Below are positions 48,228 through 51,383 of a DNA stretch of 51,383 bases, piece after piece. Below the pieces are notes generated by a model. It ran no database searches, had not been told where the DNA came from, and was given only the letters and a program-made list of their open reading frames with translations. A program made the translations under genes and the position numbers. This stretch comes from Pirellulales bacterium. GTDB lineage: Bacteria > Planctomycetota > Planctomycetia > Pirellulales > JAICIG01. Each line of letters opens with the position of its first letter. The stretch's first letter is position 1. The stretch is taken from positions 48,094 through 99,476 of the forward strand of contig JBBDYJ010000034.1 of the NCBI GenBank assembly GCA_040901675.1, given 5' to 3'.

Positions 48228-50224
48228 TGGGCGACATCTGGTTGGCCAACCCGGCCAATTGGCTGATTGTGATCCAGGTGGCGTTGGGCCTGGGCATGGT
48301 GATTTTTGTCCACGAGCTGGGGCATTTCGCCGTGGCCAAGTGGTGCGGCGTGAAGTGCGAGAAGTTCTACCTGGGGTTCGGCCGGCCGATTTTCCGCTTC
48401 CAATGGGGGGAGACCGAATACGGCATCGGCATCCTGCCGCTGGGCGGCTACGTGAAGATGCTGGGACAGGAGGACAACCCATCGCGAGCCATTGAAGAAA
48501 CCGAGCGGGCCCGTGTGCCGGGCGAAGTCGGCGAATCGGCTCCGGCCGCCGCGGCTTACGATCCGCGCAGTTACCTGGCCAAAAGCGTGCCGCAACGGAT
48601 GGCGATCATCTCGGCCGGCGTGATCATGAACGTGATCTTTGCTTTTGTGATGGCCACGGTGGCTTATTCGATGGGTGTGCCCGAAGCCCCGTGCATCGTC
48701 GGCGGCTTGCTGCCCGGTGAAGCGGCTTGGCGCGCCGGCCTGCAGCCGGGAGACCGCGTGCTCAAAATCGGCGACATAAAAAGCCCGCGATTCCGCGACC
48801 TGCAAACGTCGGTCATGCTCGGCGACAACCTGGACCGGGGCGTGCGGTTCGTCATCGAGCGCCCGGAGGTCGACGAGCCGCTGGTATTCGTGGTCGTGCC
48901 CGACCGCACTCGCCTGGCTCCCATGATCGGCATGAAGGCCGCGCATACCACCCAGTTGGACAAACCACCCGTCGCGCCCAACAGCCCTACCTCCCGGCTG
49001 GAGCCGGGCTTTCAGCCTGACGACAAGGTGATCGCAATCAACGGCGAAGAAGTCGGGGATTTTGTCGACGTCGAGCGCAAGCTAGCGGCCGCCCCGGGGC
49101 CGATCACCGTTACCGTTCGCCGGCAACAGGGCAAGCAGGAGAGCGAACAGCTCGACATCCGGGTGCCGGGAGTCCCGATGAAGACGCTGGGACTCTCGAT
49201 GCGGATGGGGCCGGTGGTGGCCATCCAGAAAAATTCGCCGGCCGAAGCCGCCGGCATCCAGCAGGGCGACCGCATCACCCGGGTCGACGGCGAAAGGATC
49301 GATGACCCATTGAAGCTGCCTGCGCAGCTCGCCGCTCGGGCGGAAGAAACCGTGACGCTGACCATCGAGCGCGCCGGCAGGGCGATGGTGAAGACACTCG
49401 AATCGCGCCCCTTCAGCACCTACGAGCCGCCAATTCTCCCCGAACACCCGATGACGGTCCCGACGCTGGGGATCGCGTATCGGGTGACCAACACCATCGC
49501 CGCCGTGGAACCGGGCGGGCCGGCGGACGGCAAGCAAATTCAGGCCGGCCAACGGATTGTGTCGGCCAGGTTGATACCGCCCGACAAGTCGCTCCAGAAG
49601 GAATACGGCGTCGAACAACAAGAGTTCAAAATGGAGTTTGATCCCGTCAAACGGAACTGGCCTTTCTTCTTTTTTAACGTGCAAGACAGCTTGCCGGGCA
49701 CGACGGTCGAGCTGACCTTGGATGACGAGCGGGTGGTCACTCTGATCCCGTCTGCCGATGACGATTGGCTCAACCCGGACCGGGGCTTTTCGTTCAAGCC
49801 GCTGGAAATCGAGCGGAAAGCCGAATCGTTCGGCGAAGCGCTGGGCCTGGCGTACCGTGAGACCGGCGACTCGCTCACCCAAGTCTATCGCTTTCTCCGC
49901 AAGCTGGGCGGCCAGATTTCGATCAAGGGTGTCGGAGGACCTATCAAAATCGCCCAGGTCGCCGGCTACTCGGCGGAGGCCGGAATGCCCAAGTTCCTGC
50001 TCTTCTTGTGCATGCTCAGCGCCAACCTGGCCGTCATCAACTTCCTGCCCATTCCGCTCCTGGACGGCGGGCACATGGTCTTTCTCACGCTCGAAGGACT
50101 CTTCCGCAGGCCGGTGAACGAGCGCGTGGTGCTGGCCTTCCAGTATGCCGGCCTGGTATTCATCCTTAGCTTGATGCTGTTCGTCGTCCTGTTGGACATA
50201 GGCATCATCCCCCGCACCAGCTAG
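48212..50224 (+). CDS. rseP: Site-2 protease RseP with multiple PDZ domains (start 48212 TTG or 48227 ATG)
   Basis: HELGH, PLGGYVKM, NFLPIPLLDGG; follows dxr. Confidence 0.93.
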   Translation: MGLHLMGDIWLANPANWLIVIQVALGLGMVIFVHELGHFAVAKWCGVKCEKFYLGFGRPIFRFQWGETEYGIGILPLGGYVKMLGQEDNPSRAIEETERARVPGEVGESAPAAAAYDPRSYLAKSVPQRMAIISAGVIMNVIFAFVMATVAYSMGVPEAPCIVGGLLPGEAAWRAGLQPGDRVLKIGDIKSPRFRDLQTSVMLGDNLDRGVRFVIERPEVDEPLVFVVVPDRTRLAPMIGMKAAHTTQLDKPPVAPNSPTSRLEPGFQPDDKVIAINGEEVGDFVDVERKLAAAPGPITVTVRRQQGKQESEQLDIRVPGVPMKTLGLSMRMGPVVAIQKNSPAEAAGIQQGDRITRVDGERIDDPLKLPAQLAARAEETVTLTIERAGRAMVKTLESRPFSTYEPPILPEHPMTVPTLGIAYRVTNTIAAVEPGGPADGKQIQAGQRIVSARLIPPDKSLQKEYGVEQQEFKMEFDPVKRNWPFFFFNVQDSLPGTTVELTLDDERVVTLIPSADDDWLNPDRGFSFKPLEIERKAESFGEALGLAYRETGDSLTQVYRFLRKLGGQISIKGVGGPIKIAQVAGYSAEAGMPKFLLFLCMLSANLAVINFLPIPLLDGGHMVFLTLEGLFRRPVNERVVLAFQYAGLVFILSLMLFVVLLDIGIIPRTS

Positions 50225-50227
50225 GCC

Positions 50228-50926
50228 ATGCGCGAGCCGGTCAAGGCGGTCGTGTTCGACGCGGTCGGGACGCTGCTCTATGCCGACCCGCCGGTCGCGG
50301 CCGTCTATGCCGAGGCGGGCCGGCAATTCGGCTCACGGTTGGACGAGCCAGACGTCGACGCCCGCTTCCGGGCTGCGTTCGCGCGGCAGGAAGCCATTGA
50401 TGCCGCCCAGCACGCCGGCCGGACAGGCGAGCCGCGCGAACGCGATCGCTGGCGCTCGATCGTGGCCGACGTCTTCGACGACGTGACCGATGGCGAGGCC
50501 CTGTTTGCCACCTTGTGGCAGCACTTCGCCCGGCCGGAGCATTGGCGGCTGTACGACGACGTCGGACCGGCGTGGAGGCGGCTCTCGCAGCAGGGATTCG
50601 TCCTGGGGATCGCTTCGAACTTCGACCGGCGGCTGGAAGTCATTTGCCGCGGCAAACCGGCACTGGCCGATTGCCGGTGGCTGTTCATCTCCTCCCAGCT
50701 TGGCTGCCGCAAGCCGAGCCCCGCTTTCTTTCAAGCCATCCAGGACCGCCTCGCGCTACCGGCCGCCCAGGTGCTCGTCGTCGGAGACGACTTGGAGAAC
50801 GACTATCGCGGCGCTTTGGCCGCCGGCTGTCCGGCGGTGCTGTTGGATCGGCACCAGCGCTACCGCCTTCCCGGCCGCGTCGGCAGCCTTGCTGAAATCT
50901 GCCGGATCACCCGGGCTGGCACGTGA
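50228..50926 (+). CDS. HAD-IA family hydrolase
   Basis: FDAVGTL, SNFD, KP, VGDDLENDY. Confidence 0.9.
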   Translation: MREPVKAVVFDAVGTLLYADPPVAAVYAEAGRQFGSRLDEPDVDARFRAAFARQEAIDAAQHAGRTGEPRERDRWRSIVADVFDDVTDGEALFATLWQHFARPEHWRLYDDVGPAWRRLSQQGFVLGIASNFDRRLEVICRGKPALADCRWLFISSQLGCRKPSPAFFQAIQDRLALPAAQVLVVGDDLENDYRGALAAGCPAVLLDRHQRYRLPGRVGSLAEICRITRAGT

Positions 50927-50943
50927 TTTGCCCCGAGTGTGGT

Positions 50944-50998
50944 CCACTCGCTCCGCGAGTGGTTATAGTTAACTGTGTTCCACTCGCTCCGCGAGTGG
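50944..50998. repeat. Two copies of the REP-like palindrome CCACTCGCTCCGCGAGTGG
   Basis: 50944-50962 and 50980-50998. Confidence 0.8.
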
Positions 50999-51044
50999 TC
51001 CTGTGCCTGTTCGCTGATTCAGCGCCTGAGCAGGAGGGCTTGTC

Positions 51045-51248
51045 ATGACGCGCGTAAACTTGACGCTATCCGCCGAGGAGCACGCCTTGTTGCTCCGGCT
51101 GTTGGAAGCGGCCCGGAGTGACATTCGCGTGGAAGTGCACCACTCCCACTTCACGCCCAGTTTCCGCGACGGGCTCAAGCACGAGGAGAGCGTGCTGGCC
51201 GAGCTGTTGGAGAAGGTGAGGCAGGCGGCGCCCCAGGCAAGTTCTTAG
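51045..51248 (+). CDS. Small hypothetical protein
   Basis: AGGAGG RBS; helical; EVHHSH. Confidence 0.65.
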   Translation: MTRVNLTLSAEEHALLLRLLEAARSDIRVEVHHSHFTPSFRDGLKHEESVLAELLEKVRQAAPQASS

Positions 51249-51383
51249 CCGGCCTCACTCGAATTCGGACGCTTGGGATCGGCCGAAAAATAACTTCCTC
51301 ACATCGTAACTGGGACACGCTTATCGTTTTGCCCAGCCACCCAGCTCGCTCGACTCTGTCGAAGTTATTTTTCGGTCATTCCT

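Noticed and set aside
1..51383. tRNA-Sec, selA/selB/selD, other tRNA/rRNA, transposases or integrases
   Set aside because: None recognised in this window; Sec machinery must be sought elsewhere in the genome

Overview
GC-rich bacterial window, almost certainly from a planctomycete (two DUF1559 proteins, the PVC small basic protein, a Minf_1886-type protein, an spdEFG1-type EF-G). The main feature, missed by the ORF track, is a cluster of four probable selenoprotein genes at 2569-7101 (minus strand). Each has an in-frame TGA exactly at the catalytic Cys position of a thioredoxin-fold motif, followed 14 nt later by a 7-bp SECIS-like hairpin. They are one signal-peptide BCP/PrxQ-type peroxiredoxin (FTRG-U-MAEC) and three recently duplicated membrane-anchored Prx-like genes (RGRW-U-GxC). 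Two of the three have tandem domains in which the first carries TCA (Ser) in place of TGA, giving SxxC + UxxC proteins. Divergent from the cluster is an hcnABC-like (HCN synthase-type) operon; downstream is a sulfatase/CE15-esterase fusion. The rest holds two ABC systems (one a His-rich, DUF3299-containing putative metal system), folC, larA-like, groES, ricT-like, fumC, fusA, ftsH, dxr-rseP, and several REP-like repeats. All family calls come from motif recognition by eye, with no database searches.
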